From: an uncultured Nitrospiraceae bacterium
GTDB lineage: Bacteria > Nitrospirota > Thermodesulfovibrionia > Thermodesulfovibrionales > Dissulfurispiraceae
Direction: 5' to 3'
NCBI GenBank assembly: GCA_963727805.1
Contig: CAVSHF010000004.1
Coordinates: forward strand, 45,132 to 109,131
Length of the DNA stretch: 64,000 nucleotides
The notes beneath the pieces are model-generated. The model did not search any database. It was not told the DNA's origin and saw only the letters and a list, made by a program, of their open reading frames with translations. Made by a program: the position numbers and the translations under genes. Shown piece by piece: positions 39,339 through 48,816 of the stretch (positions within the stretch are counted from its first letter, which is position 1; the number at the start of each line of letters is the position of its first letter).

Positions 39339-40751
39339 CTACTTGCCGAATGGACACACTGGATAGCGGCATTCGGCGCAATGCAGGCAGAGACCTCCGT
39401 GACCCAATGCGGCGAGGTCATCGCGGCCTATGCGTTCTCCTGCAAGAACACGCGGCACGACTACGTCGAAGATGGTAGTTTTATGATACATGCCGCATGC
39501 GGGGATACCGATTATCGGTACGGAACGAGTTGTGGAAGTATCGTCCAAATAGGCAATCAGAAACATAGCACCAGGCAATACTGCAGATCCATACGTAATA
39601 TCCTTTGCGCCAAGCTGGCGTATCGCAAACCGTGTCACGTCATCGGGGTCTACCGACATCCCGCCCGTTGTTATAAGCATGTCAGCCCCTTGCGCTAGCA
39701 GATCCTTCAGTTTTTCTTCTATTATTTTTTCATCGTCGGGAGCATAATGAATGCCGACAATGGTGCCACCAAGTTCCGCTATCTTTCGGGACATAATCGG
39801 TCCAAAGGCATCGGCAATCCGACCATGATAGACTTCATTACCGGTGATTACAATACCTGCTTTTGGCTGCCGCATTGGTAGAACTTCAACAGCTCGCGGC
39901 TGTCCATGCACCGCCTGGACCGCTTTTTCAACGATAGTTTTCTTGACTACAAGCGGAATTGCACGCGTGGCAGCGACCACTTGGCCTTCGCGTACAACCG
40001 TATTGCCATGCAAAGATGCACACATCACGTCGCCGAGACGGTTAAAACGACGGAGTGCCTCGGTGTTTATTTTCAGGAGGCCTTTTTGGGAAGCAACTAG
40101 GTTCAGCTTGCCTTCCTTAGGTTCGTCAGGTACAGACACACCACTCCCTTTCAGAGCATCAGCAATGAGAGCAGCTGCCTCATCTTCGTGTATCTCATCC
40201 TCCTGAATCGAAAGCACAAAAAGATTCTCCTTGCCCAACCGTTGCAGATGTTCAATATCGTCAGGACGGACTATATGACCCTTGCGAAACGCACGCCCCT
40301 TAAATTCATCTTTTCGGATTTCGGTAATATCATGGGCAAGCGCCATCCCGATAGCCGCACTCACCGGTACCGTCATGCCATCGTTGCGACTGCATGCTAA
40401 TTCAGAAACATTATTATCAGCCCCGCCGAATATTTTGCTGAAACGGTCGTCAACAAGTTCGTGGATGCCCTGCTCAAGCATGCGGTATTTCTTCAGAAAC
40501 TGTTTAGCCTCTTCTGTCAGACAGGCTCCGCCACCGTCCTTGCCCCCTGTTTGACAATCGACGAGCGCGAATCCAAGCCGCTTCTCCATTGCTTTGATAT
40601 AGCCCCATGCTTTTCGATAGGATATGTTAACTTCCTTTGCCGCCTGAGTGATCGAGCCGTGCTTGTCTATGGACTCAAGCAGGAATCTTCGTCCTCTGCC
40701 AAATACCGGTTGTCCATCTACCTCTATCCAAAGCTTCGAACGTATCTCCAT
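39339..40751 (-). CDS. ModE-type winged-helix fused to MoeA-like molybdopterin-binding domain
   Basis: GRGRRFLLESIDKHGSITQAAKEVNISYRKAW...GGKDGGGA; then LAHDITEI, TGNEV, TGGMSVDPDD, GGLCLHC--C-YP-CPFGK. Confidence 0.8.
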   Translation of the reverse strand: MEIRSKLWIEVDGQPVFGRGRRFLLESIDKHGSITQAAKEVNISYRKAWGYIKAMEKRLGFALVDCQTGGKDGGGACLTEEAKQFLKKYRMLEQGIHELVDDRFSKIFGGADNNVSELACSRNDGMTVPVSAAIGMALAHDITEIRKDEFKGRAFRKGHIVRPDDIEHLQRLGKENLFVLSIQEDEIHEDEAAALIADALKGSGVSVPDEPKEGKLNLVASQKGLLKINTEALRRFNRLGDVMCASLHGNTVVREGQVVAATRAIPLVVKKTIVEKAVQAVHGQPRAVEVLPMRQPKAGIVITGNEVYHGRIADAFGPIMSRKIAELGGTIVGIHYAPDDEKIIEEKLKDLLAQGADMLITTGGMSVDPDDVTRFAIRQLGAKDITYGSAVLPGAMFLIAYLDDTSTTRSVPIIGIPACGMYHKTTIFDVVVPRVLAGERIGRDDLAALGHGGLCLHCAECRYPVCPFGK

Positions 40752-40797
40752 AGTAATCCTTCCCTCATTCCGTTATGGATTTATTGCATAACGCATG

Positions 40798-41436
40798 TCA
40801 AAAAATATCATCTTTCTGAGACTTATAATATCCACCTCCGGCACATACTCGGCATAAGACTTTCTCCCCTTTACAAACTTCCCGCATGTCCTGAATATAC
40901 TCAGCACACAAATCGCATCTTACCCTTCCCAACGGCCTGCCGGGTATGTCCTCGGGCTTAAGGTCTATCTTCACATCCATAACATCAAAAAGCTCCCTGT
41001 CAGTCATGATTTTATATGCCTGAAGCTGGGCCTCGTACTTGTTTTTAATCTCAGGAAAATATTCCTTCGCCCTCTGCCTCGATTCCTCTTTTGCTATAAC
41101 CCTCACGGCCTTGCCAGTCTTGAGGTTCAGAAATGTTGCCGCCATCTTACCGTAGTCCATGAACTTCATAGTGCGATGGCCCAGGCTGCATCCAGTAACA
41201 GACTGAACCGCATCAGTAGCACAGCGGTCCATTTCAACAAAGACGATAATACTCTTTCTGTCCTTCCCCTTCGGATCTTCGATGCCTATCTCACGGAGCC
41301 CGAGAATGGACATCTTAACTCCCAGCACTTGGCCAGGGCAGAGGTGTCCATGGATCCTTGTCGACTCAGCGAGAAGAGATTCAAACCCTGAAGTCCGATC
41401 CAGCTCTTCGCTCTTATTCATTTTGTCATCTCTCAA
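40798..41436 (-). CDS. FmdE-family protein with C-terminal zinc finger
   Basis: HGHLCPGQVLG, DRCATDAVQSVTGCSLG, CDLC...CRVC. Confidence 0.85.
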   Translation of the reverse strand: MRDDKMNKSEELDRTSGFESLLAESTRIHGHLCPGQVLGVKMSILGLREIGIEDPKGKDRKSIIVFVEMDRCATDAVQSVTGCSLGHRTMKFMDYGKMAATFLNLKTGKAVRVIAKEESRQRAKEYFPEIKNKYEAQLQAYKIMTDRELFDVMDVKIDLKPEDIPGRPLGRVRCDLCAEYIQDMREVCKGEKVLCRVCAGGGYYKSQKDDIF

Positions 41437-42061
41437 TCAGGTCGATCATAGACCGAGTCACTCTTGCCAATGTTTTATAAAATGAGAGATCAGCTGCATC
41501 TTCCATGTCCAGTGCGAATTGCGGCGCCCACTTTAGAATATGATCAGAAAGAAACCCTTTTGCGAGGTCCCGATAGTATGGTTCTTTTCCGGGATCACTA
41601 TTCGCCTTCTGAAGAACAACAGCGAGGAAGTTAAGCTCCGCCCCGATGTGATCCGCCATGATGCCCTGATTGTTGACAGTCAACCCGGCTTTGCTGTAAT
41701 AGTCCCTGACTTCGTCGTATGCTTCTTGCATCAGGAGTCTTTTCGGTGACGTATAAACGGACTCCCAAGGAGGACATGGCAACTTGTAAGGACCGATAAA
41801 TAGTCTGGTGTATTCCCATAACAAATCTTCCAACTCACTGTCTGACGAGATGTCTATTTTATCCAAGGCATTCTTCAAGTCTGACAGAATATCCGGGACT
41901 GCTTCTGATAACAAAGCTCTCCAGCTATCCAACGTCTCTCTATCTGGTTTGCATAGATACATGCTTCCCAAAAGCCCGCATGCGTCTATCAGCTCGCTAT
42001 CCGTCATCGTAGCATTTTGCATAATCCGAAACTCCTTAAAGGAACTTTTGTGCAGGGGCAA
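41426..42061 (-). CDS. TorD/DmsD-family molybdoenzyme chaperone
   Basis: EYTRLFIGP, PPWESVY, DHIGAELNFL. Confidence 0.9.
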   Translation of the reverse strand: MPLHKSSFKEFRIMQNATMTDSELIDACGLLGSMYLCKPDRETLDSWRALLSEAVPDILSDLKNALDKIDISSDSELEDLLWEYTRLFIGPYKLPCPPWESVYTSPKRLLMQEAYDEVRDYYSKAGLTVNNQGIMADHIGAELNFLAVVLQKANSDPGKEPYYRDLAKGFLSDHILKWAPQFALDMEDAADLSFYKTLARVTRSMIDLIER

Positions 42062-42096
42062 CCCAGTGGTTACCCCTGCGGTCTCTGGTTAAAAGC

Positions 42097-42687
42097 CTAC
42101 TTCTTTATATTCTTTGCCTCTACGAACCTTATTGACGGGATGGTCAGTTTTGGGTCGGCAAAATGCGGCAGCCGGTCCTGAATCTTGGTTTTAAAAACTG
42201 GATCTGGAAAGGCATTGCCAGCTTCGACATCGGGCATTTTGCCATTTGAAAGGGCATAGCCCATGCAGGTTCTGACACAGGCAGGTGGGAGACCAGCCTT
42301 CAATCTGTGTATGCAAAAATCACACTTGTCCACCTTCTTTTCCTTTTCATTAAATTGAGGGGCACCGTAAGGACAAGCCGCCATACAGCGCTTGCATCCG
42401 ATGCATTTCTTCTTGTCATGAAGAACTACGCCGAATTCCTCTTCCTTGGAGTACGCTCCCACAGGGCAAGCTTTCAGGCACGATGGTTCCTCACAGTGAT
42501 TGCAAGAAACCGAAATATATCTCACTTCCGGATTAGGATACTTTCCCGCTTCCTGGATAATGACCCTCCTTCGTCTAATGCCGACGGGGAGGTCGAATTC
42601 CTGCTTGCAGCCGGACTCGCAACCCCGGCAAGCGATGCAATTATTTTCATTGTAAAGCCATGTCATCTGTTTAGGGTTCTTTGCCAT
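42097..42687 (-). CDS. Four-cluster 4Fe-4S electron-transfer subunit (PsrB/DmsB-type)
   Basis: CIACRGC---C, CNHCEEPSC---CP, CIGCKRC---CPY, KCDFC...PACV--C. Confidence 0.92.
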   Translation of the reverse strand: MAKNPKQMTWLYNENNCIACRGCESGCKQEFDLPVGIRRRRVIIQEAGKYPNPEVRYISVSCNHCEEPSCLKACPVGAYSKEEEFGVVLHDKKKCIGCKRCMAACPYGAPQFNEKEKKVDKCDFCIHRLKAGLPPACVRTCMGYALSNGKMPDVEAGNAFPDPVFKTKIQDRLPHFADPKLTIPSIRFVEAKNIKK

Positions 42688-42698
42688 TTGTCCCTCCT

Positions 42699-45029
42699 CT
42701 ACGCCCTTGTTACCTTAACGCCGATTTCTTTGTGGACAGCCATGCCTGAAGTTTTCTCAGACACACCAGCAAGGAATTGTCCATCTCCGGTGCCTTCGGG
42801 AGACCACCTGTTAATCTTGTTCATTGAACCTCTTGCGATCTTCCCGAACCCCCAATGTCCAAATCCATGATGAAGAGCCACTACCTCCGGATGGATCCTC
42901 TCCGTTACCTGAACTGACCCCTTTGCCTTTGCATAAGGGGACTCTATCCATATAGGGTCTCCGTCCTTAAGTCCAAGCCTAGCAGCTGTGGCGGTATTCA
43001 TGAGAAGAGGATTATCAGGCTTCATCTCCATCAGCCAGTCGTTGTTAAACGTCCTTGAATGGGTGTGTTCGGCCTGCTTATAGTTGACTAGATAGAGAGG
43101 AAACTCAGGGGTCGGATTGTATATAGGCTCAACATAGTCAGGCAATGGATTTAGTCCCTTCTTCGCCATCTGTTCAGAATAGAACTCTATCTTCTTCGAC
43201 GGAGTTGCAAAGCCTTTTTCTTTATACTTTTCATAATGGGTCTCGCCACCGATGAACACGGCTCCAGGAAGAGCCAACATTTCATCCAGGGTCTTTCCTA
43301 TGGGTCCGTTTTTGAGCTGATCGGACATGTATTCCGGATAAGTATCAGGCAGGGTCTTGCCGTCCTTGTCCTTCAGTCCCATCTTTTTTGCCAGGGCGAG
43401 GATGAACTCCTGTTCAGTCATCCCGTTTATTACCGACTTGACCGCAGGCTGCCTTATTGACGTCGCGGGGAAGGTAACCCAGTTTCCATGTATCTCCCAT
43501 CTCTCCAGGTAGTGACTGCCCGGTATCACGATATCAGCAAGCTCTGCTAGCTCGCTCATCATCGTATCCAGAACGACAACGTAATCGAGTTTCTTGACCG
43601 CCTCGATGTTCTTCTTCGTATTGGGGACAGACATAATAAAGTTTTGGAACATAAATACGCCTGCTCTGAGCTGGTAAGGTTGCCCTGAAATCATGGCATC
43701 CCTTGTCTCGGTGTATATCCCAGACGAATGAGCGAAGGGATACTTTGTACCTAGACCATCAATCCTAGCTGCCTTAGGTTTGTCCACGTCAAATGCCCTG
43801 CGCTTGCCCCCCTTTGCCTCTCTGCTTATCATTGTGCCGGGTTTATCGTACTGCCCCAAGAGAGCAGGCAACATTGCAATGGCTCTTCCGCCATCGGTTG
43901 CATTGGTGTGGTGCCCGGGGCCGCTCCATGTGTCGATGGCAGCGGGTTTTGTGGATGCAAGCTCTTTTGCTATCCTTCTAGTTGTTTCGGCTGGTACCGA
44001 GGTGATCTTCTCGGCCCATTCCGGGGTTTTATCTTTCACAAGCTCCGCATACTTATCGAAGCCGACTGTATAATTATTTATAAACTCTTGGTCATGCCAG
44101 CCATTTTTAACTATCTCATGCCCCAGCGCGAGAGCAAATGCTCCGTCGGTGCCCGGTCTGATGGGAACCCATTCATCAGCCTTTGCGGCTGTCTGGTTAT
44201 AGAAGGGATCGACATAGACCATCTTTGCGCCTTTAGCTTTCCCCCAATTCCAGATTCCCGGAAGGTGCGCCCACTTTGTAGCCGCAAGCATATTCCAGCC
44301 GAATACAAGGGCATACTTAGTATTGGCGAAATCGGGGAGTGGTCTGTCATCGCCCATCACCAGCTTAAAGGAGGCCTTTCTTGCGACATCGCAGGTATTG
44401 GAATGCATCGAGTAGTTTGGAGAGCCATACAGGAGGTTGAAGTCCGCTTGCATGTCGGTGAATGAGGAATCCTCAGTGCACCAGAACATCGTCTCGGGTC
44501 CATATTTCTCTCGGATGTCTAATAGGTTTCTTGAAACGTCATCGAGGGCCTCCTCCCACGAAATGGCTTTCCACTTGCCAGATTCTCTCGGTCCCACTCT
44601 CTTCATAGGTGTTTTCAGCCTGTCGGGATCGTAAAGCGCTCTCGCCCCGGCATTACCCTTTGCGCAGATCCTTCCGCCAAGAGTCTTTTTCTGTTCGTAA
44701 TCTGTCGAGATATTGGCCACACCTATGGGGTTGAATTCGCTTGGTTCTATCTTAACGACTCTGCCATCTACAACATGGACTTTTATCCCAGATGTCCCGC
44801 CGCACATATGGCATGTCGTATATATCCACTTGCCTTTCCCTGCCATTTTCTCCTCTGCCGATGCCTCCCTGAAAAGACCGAGTTTGTCATCCCACAGAAG
44901 GCCGCTCGCAATGGCTGCACCTGCAAGGGCTGACGACCATTTAAGGAAGGACCGCCTGCTAAATTCTTGTCCTGTCGTTTTTTCGAAAATGTCTTTTTCG
45001 TCTTCGGTGATCATTCTGTTTTCGCTCAT
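42699..45029 (-). CDS. Tat-exported Mo/W-bisPGD oxidoreductase catalytic subunit (Psr/Phs/Arr-related clade)
   Basis: SRRSFLK Tat motif, CHMCGGTS...CAKG, YDPDRLKTPMKR, HSNTCD, molydopterin-binding C-terminus; ATG 45029 after AGGAGG. Confidence 0.88.
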   Translation of the reverse strand: MSENRMITEDEKDIFEKTTGQEFSRRSFLKWSSALAGAAIASGLLWDDKLGLFREASAEEKMAGKGKWIYTTCHMCGGTSGIKVHVVDGRVVKIEPSEFNPIGVANISTDYEQKKTLGGRICAKGNAGARALYDPDRLKTPMKRVGPRESGKWKAISWEEALDDVSRNLLDIREKYGPETMFWCTEDSSFTDMQADFNLLYGSPNYSMHSNTCDVARKASFKLVMGDDRPLPDFANTKYALVFGWNMLAATKWAHLPGIWNWGKAKGAKMVYVDPFYNQTAAKADEWVPIRPGTDGAFALALGHEIVKNGWHDQEFINNYTVGFDKYAELVKDKTPEWAEKITSVPAETTRRIAKELASTKPAAIDTWSGPGHHTNATDGGRAIAMLPALLGQYDKPGTMISREAKGGKRRAFDVDKPKAARIDGLGTKYPFAHSSGIYTETRDAMISGQPYQLRAGVFMFQNFIMSVPNTKKNIEAVKKLDYVVVLDTMMSELAELADIVIPGSHYLERWEIHGNWVTFPATSIRQPAVKSVINGMTEQEFILALAKKMGLKDKDGKTLPDTYPEYMSDQLKNGPIGKTLDEMLALPGAVFIGGETHYEKYKEKGFATPSKKIEFYSEQMAKKGLNPLPDYVEPIYNPTPEFPLYLVNYKQAEHTHSRTFNNDWLMEMKPDNPLLMNTATAARLGLKDGDPIWIESPYAKAKGSVQVTERIHPEVVALHHGFGHWGFGKIARGSMNKINRWSPEGTGDGQFLAGVSEKTSGMAVHKEIGVKVTRA

Positions 45030-45039
45030 TCGATCCTCC

Positions 45040-45393
45040 TTACTTTGCAAATAAATTCCACGCGCCATTCACACCGCCGCTGTGGCAACCAGCACAGACT
45101 TGAGGGTCAACCTCTTTCCTTAATGAGGCCGCTGAACTGTCCCTCAGATCGACAGATTGATGACAGTCTGTACACAGCTTCGGCGTTGCGAGTTTCGATT
45201 CGAGGTGGACCCGGTGAAACATCTTATACTTTTTGTTGAGCGACACTTCCTTCAGGACACTTGCATGACAGTTCAAACATTCCTTGTTGCTGAGTTTGGC
45301 TGCGTTCTTATGGAGGTCTACAAGGTTCTGCTCCAACGCAACCGCGCTCGTGGAAAACATCAGCACCAGACAAATAACCAAGGCATTCCGCAT
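45040..45393 (-). CDS. Small periplasmic triheme cytochrome c
   Basis: Signal peptide; three CxxCH (CLNCH, CTDCH, CAGCH). Confidence 0.85.
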   Translation of the reverse strand: MRNALVICLVLMFSTSAVALEQNLVDLHKNAAKLSNKECLNCHASVLKEVSLNKKYKMFHRVHLESKLATPKLCTDCHQSVDLRDSSAASLRKEVDPQVCAGCHSGGVNGAWNLFAK

Positions 45394-45488
45394 GATTTCC
45401 TCCTTTTATATATTGCTATTCTGCACTGACTCTGTGCTCCAATGCTTTGACCTGCCTCCATGCATAAGTGAGTAATCTTAGCGATATT

Positions 45489-45514
45489 AACACATATACT
45501 TTAGTATATGCGTT
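45489..45514. promoter_or_regulatory. Palindromic operator upstream of the molybdoenzyme operon
   Basis: AACACATATACTTTAGTATATGCGTT, near-perfect dyad. Confidence 0.5.
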
Positions 45515-45653
45515 GAATACGTGTTGAATAGGAGTCAGCTCACTTGCCGTATGTCTCAGCTCAGGGCATTTTCATCCTTTTCCCCTGTTATCAATTAATA
45601 ATATACAGATTATTTTGGTATAGTTAAATATATGAAAGATTATACGATAATTC

Positions 45654-46022
45654 ATGGAGGTTCGCAAAGACATGAAGAATATGATAGATGTCTTTAAGTC
45701 ACTGACTGATGAGACCAGGCTCAGGATACTGAAACTCCTGGAAAACGGAGAACTCTGCGTTTGCGAGATTGTTGCCGCTGTGAATGTTGTGCAGCCCCAG
45801 GTGTCTTTCCATCTCCGTACATTGAAACACGCCGGACTGGTCAAGGATAGCAAACATGGCAAATGGACACATTACCGCCTCGACGATTCAGATATATTTA
45901 AAAGGTTTCTTTTGATGGGCGTACTGGAAAGGGTAGAGGGTGATAAGATCCTGAAAGATAGATCAAGACTCGAAAAATTCCGCCAGGGCAAGGATGTTGC
46001 GGCTGCCTGTGGCAAGTGTTGA
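45654..46022 (+). CDS. arsR: ArsR/SmtB-family repressor
   Basis: FKSLTDETRLRILKLL--GELCVCEI, VSFHL--L. Confidence 0.88.
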   Translation: MEVRKDMKNMIDVFKSLTDETRLRILKLLENGELCVCEIVAAVNVVQPQVSFHLRTLKHAGLVKDSKHGKWTHYRLDDSDIFKRFLLMGVLERVEGDKILKDRSRLEKFRQGKDVAAACGKC

Positions 46023-46173
46023 AAGGAATTCCATCATTAGTGAGAAAAGCGGTGGCAGAATTTAATGCGATTGTAACACTTCTGTAATCACAAAGTGGTA
46101 ATACTAAACATAGTTTACGAAAAAGCGGATGATCTTATAGGGCCGGTTTACGAAAGAATGAGGAGGTAGAGAT

Positions 46174-46644
46174 ATGGATAAGAAACGTGTGTTGTTCGTA
46201 TGCATTCACAATAGTGCAAGGAGTCAGATGGCACAAGCTTTTCTGAACTTGATAGCCGGGGATCGTTTTGTGGCTGAGAGCGCAGGTCTCGAAGCCGGTA
46301 CATTAAATCCCATTGCAGTAGAAGCGATGGCTGAAGTGGGCATTGATATATCAGGCAATACCACCCGGAGAGCGTTTGATTTGCTTAAAAGCGGCAAGCG
46401 TTTCCAATACGTTATTACCGTTTGCGATGCGGCAAATGCACAGAAGTGTCCTGTGTTCCCCGGCGCGCTACAGCACATAAACTGGAGTTTCCCCGATCCT
46501 GCTCAATTGCAGGGTACTCACGAAGAGAAAATGACGGAAGTCAGAAAGATTCGTGATGCTATTAAAGCAAAAATAGAGTCTTGGGTCTCCGATAAGAGAG
46601 AGCGCACCGGGGTTGAGATTCCACCTTTCAAAGTCGGGTTATAA
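46174..46644 (+). CDS. arsC: Thioredoxin-dependent arsenate reductase (LMW-PTP fold)
   Basis: [29 protein letters not shown]. Confidence 0.88.
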   Translation: MDKKRVLFVCIHNSARSQMAQAFLNLIAGDRFVAESAGLEAGTLNPIAVEAMAEVGIDISGNTTRRAFDLLKSGKRFQYVITVCDAANAQKCPVFPGALQHINWSFPDPAQLQGTHEEKMTEVRKIRDAIKAKIESWVSDKRERTGVEIPPFKVGL

Positions 46645-46808
46645 TCTCCTCGAAAAGCCTTAGCATCTTCTTTTTTAGCGAGTCCTGTATCACTCTTGAT
46701 ATTCGCTTATAGACTGTCCAGATTTTTCTGATTGCAGTACAAACAGCCCATTCCCTACTTGACATCATATAAAATTTAGTTTATGTTTAAATTAGGGGAA
46801 GGGAAAGA

Positions 46809-47756
46809 ATGCTAAAACAATTTGCCGACTATGTTACCTATGCCTTGCTGAAGCTGGAGCCTGCCAGTCATGTCGGAGATGCGCTAAACTTCTTTATATA
46901 CGATACCATAAAGATATTCTTATTGCTCACCACGATAGTTTTTGTCGTAGCGGTCATCCGTGCGTACTTCTCGCCAGAGAAGACCAAAAGAATACTAACG
47001 CATAAAAAAGAAATTATAGGTAATATACTTGCCGCCCTGCTTGGCATCGTCACTCCTTTCTGCTCATGCTCGGCAGTCCCTCTCTTCATCGGGTTCGTAG
47101 AGGCAGGAGTGCCACTTGGGGTCACTTTTTCATTTCTCATCTCTTCTCCCATGGTCAACGAAGTGGCGCTGATAATGTTATGGGGGCTTTTCGGATGGAA
47201 GATTGCTATGATTTACGCTGGAGCGGGTGTTGTCCTAGCGATTCTCTCCGGCATAGTCATCGGCAAGCTAAGGATGGAAAAGTACGTTCAAAATTACGTT
47301 TGGGAGATGCAGGTGGGTGAAATGGAGGTCACGGAAACCGGCTTCCGCGACAAGCTTGTGTATGCCCGTGGCTATACAGCAGACCTGCTAAAAAAACTCT
47401 GGCCCTATGTTGTTATAGGTATTGGCTTGGGAGCTGCCGTGCACGGGTACATACCGGCAGACTTTATCGTTAAATATGCTGGGCCGGATAATCCTATAGC
47501 GGTACTGGTTGCAGTTTTGATCGGCATACCGCTTTATAGCAATGCCGCCGGCATGATTCCAGTTGTTCAGGCGCTCGTGGGAAAAGGTATGGCCATGGGT
47601 ACGGTGCTGGCATTCATGATGTCGGTCACTGCAATTTCATTCCCGGAGGCTGTAATACTGAAGAACGTATTGAAGCTGCCTCTTATCGTCACCTTTTTTA
47701 GCATAGTTGCGGTAGGAATCGTCATTGTCGGATATCTGTTTAATGCCATTTTGTGA
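46809..47756 (+). CDS. ArsP/DUF318-family permease
   Basis: TPFCSCSAVPLF, ISSPMVNE, GIPLYSNAAG. Confidence 0.85.
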   Translation: MLKQFADYVTYALLKLEPASHVGDALNFFIYDTIKIFLLLTTIVFVVAVIRAYFSPEKTKRILTHKKEIIGNILAALLGIVTPFCSCSAVPLFIGFVEAGVPLGVTFSFLISSPMVNEVALIMLWGLFGWKIAMIYAGAGVVLAILSGIVIGKLRMEKYVQNYVWEMQVGEMEVTETGFRDKLVYARGYTADLLKKLWPYVVIGIGLGAAVHGYIPADFIVKYAGPDNPIAVLVAVLIGIPLYSNAAGMIPVVQALVGKGMAMGTVLAFMMSVTAISFPEAVILKNVLKLPLIVTFFSIVAVGIVIVGYLFNAIL

Positions 47757-47795
47757 AGATCCTTGGTCTTCCGATTTCAACACCAGGAGGAATAT

Positions 47796-48146
47796 ATGTC
47801 AGAGTGTGCATGCGGCGGAAATACCTATATTTTTTCATGTTCAGGCGCGGCAGACGTAGGGGCTCTATCTGATCGGATAGCCAGAAAATTGTCAAAGGAT
47901 GGAAAGGGGAAAATGTATTGCATGGCTGCGGTGGGGGCGAACATCCCTGAAAAGATAGCACCGCTGAAAGCGGCCTTAGGTGCTGTTACCATCGACGGAT
48001 GCTCCTCTTTATGTGCAAAAAAGGTGCTGGAAAATGCCGGCTTCAAACCCGTCTCTTATAACTTGGAGGATTTCGGTTTTAAGAAGGGCAAAACAGATGT
48101 GAATGATGCAGCGATAGATCTTGCAATCGGAAAGTTAGGACTATAA
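47796..48146 (+). CDS. DGC-domain putative zinc-binding protein
   Basis: FSCSGAADVG, MYC, IDGCSSLCAKK; ATG after AGGAGG. Confidence 0.8.
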   Translation: MSECACGGNTYIFSCSGAADVGALSDRIARKLSKDGKGKMYCMAAVGANIPEKIAPLKAALGAVTIDGCSSLCAKKVLENAGFKPVSYNLEDFGFKKGKTDVNDAAIDLAIGKLGL

Positions 48147-48173
48147 TTCGAGGAAGAGAAGGGAGCGTAGGCA

Positions 48174-48413
48174 ATGGAGATTAAAGTATTGGGTCCAGGC
48201 TGTGCTAACTGCCACAAGATGGAGGCGTTGGTGAAACAGGCTATCAAAGAGTTGGGCATTGACGCCAAAATAGAAAAGGTGAGCGATATCCGCGATATAA
48301 TGAAATATACAATGTCTACGCCCGGGTTCGTGGTGAACGGTAAGCTCAAACATTTTGGCAAACCTTTACCAAGCCTCGATAAGGTTAAAGAGCTTATCAA
48401 ATCGGAGGCATAA
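48174..48413 (+). CDS. Small redox-active disulfide protein (MTH895-like thioredoxin)
   Basis: IKVLGPGCANC, TPGFVVNG. Confidence 0.88.
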   Translation: MEIKVLGPGCANCHKMEALVKQAIKELGIDAKIEKVSDIRDIMKYTMSTPGFVVNGKLKHFGKPLPSLDKVKELIKSEA

Positions 48414-48417
48414 TCTG

Positions 48418-48807
48418 ATGCAGGAGATTCTTAACATTTTCAAGGCCCTCTCCGATGAAACGCGGTTGAGGATATTGAAGCTCCTCGAACATGGAGAATT
48501 ATGCGTCTGCGACCTATTTTCAGCCCTCGAAATGGTCCAGCCAAAGGTCTCTTTTCACTTGTCTGTTCTCAAAGACGCTGGATTGATAACGGATAGAAAA
48601 GAAGGGCGCTGGGTTCACTATCGCCTCGATGATAAGGACATACTAAGAAGGTTTATGTTGCTTACCGTCATGGAGAGGGTTTCCGAAGATGTCATTAAAG
48701 ATGATAGAGCGCGTCTCACGGCTTTTCTGGAAAGTAAGCAGGAAGCTAATAATAATGAAAAGACGACGACAACGCCTATTAAGAAAAGTAAATGCTGCGG
48801 GAGGTAA
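48418..48807 (+). CDS. arsR: Second ArsR/SmtB-family repressor
   Basis: FKALSDETRLRILKLL--GELCVCDL; C-terminal CC. Confidence 0.88.
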   Translation: MQEILNIFKALSDETRLRILKLLEHGELCVCDLFSALEMVQPKVSFHLSVLKDAGLITDRKEGRWVHYRLDDKDILRRFMLLTVMERVSEDVIKDDRARLTAFLESKQEANNNEKTTTTPIKKSKCCGR

Positions 48808-48816
48808 TACAATCAA

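Noticed and set aside
42699..45029. Naming the molybdoenzyme arrA
   Set aside because: Lacks the ArrA R/KGRY motif and the CQGC-type FS0 motif; ars linkage alone is insufficient
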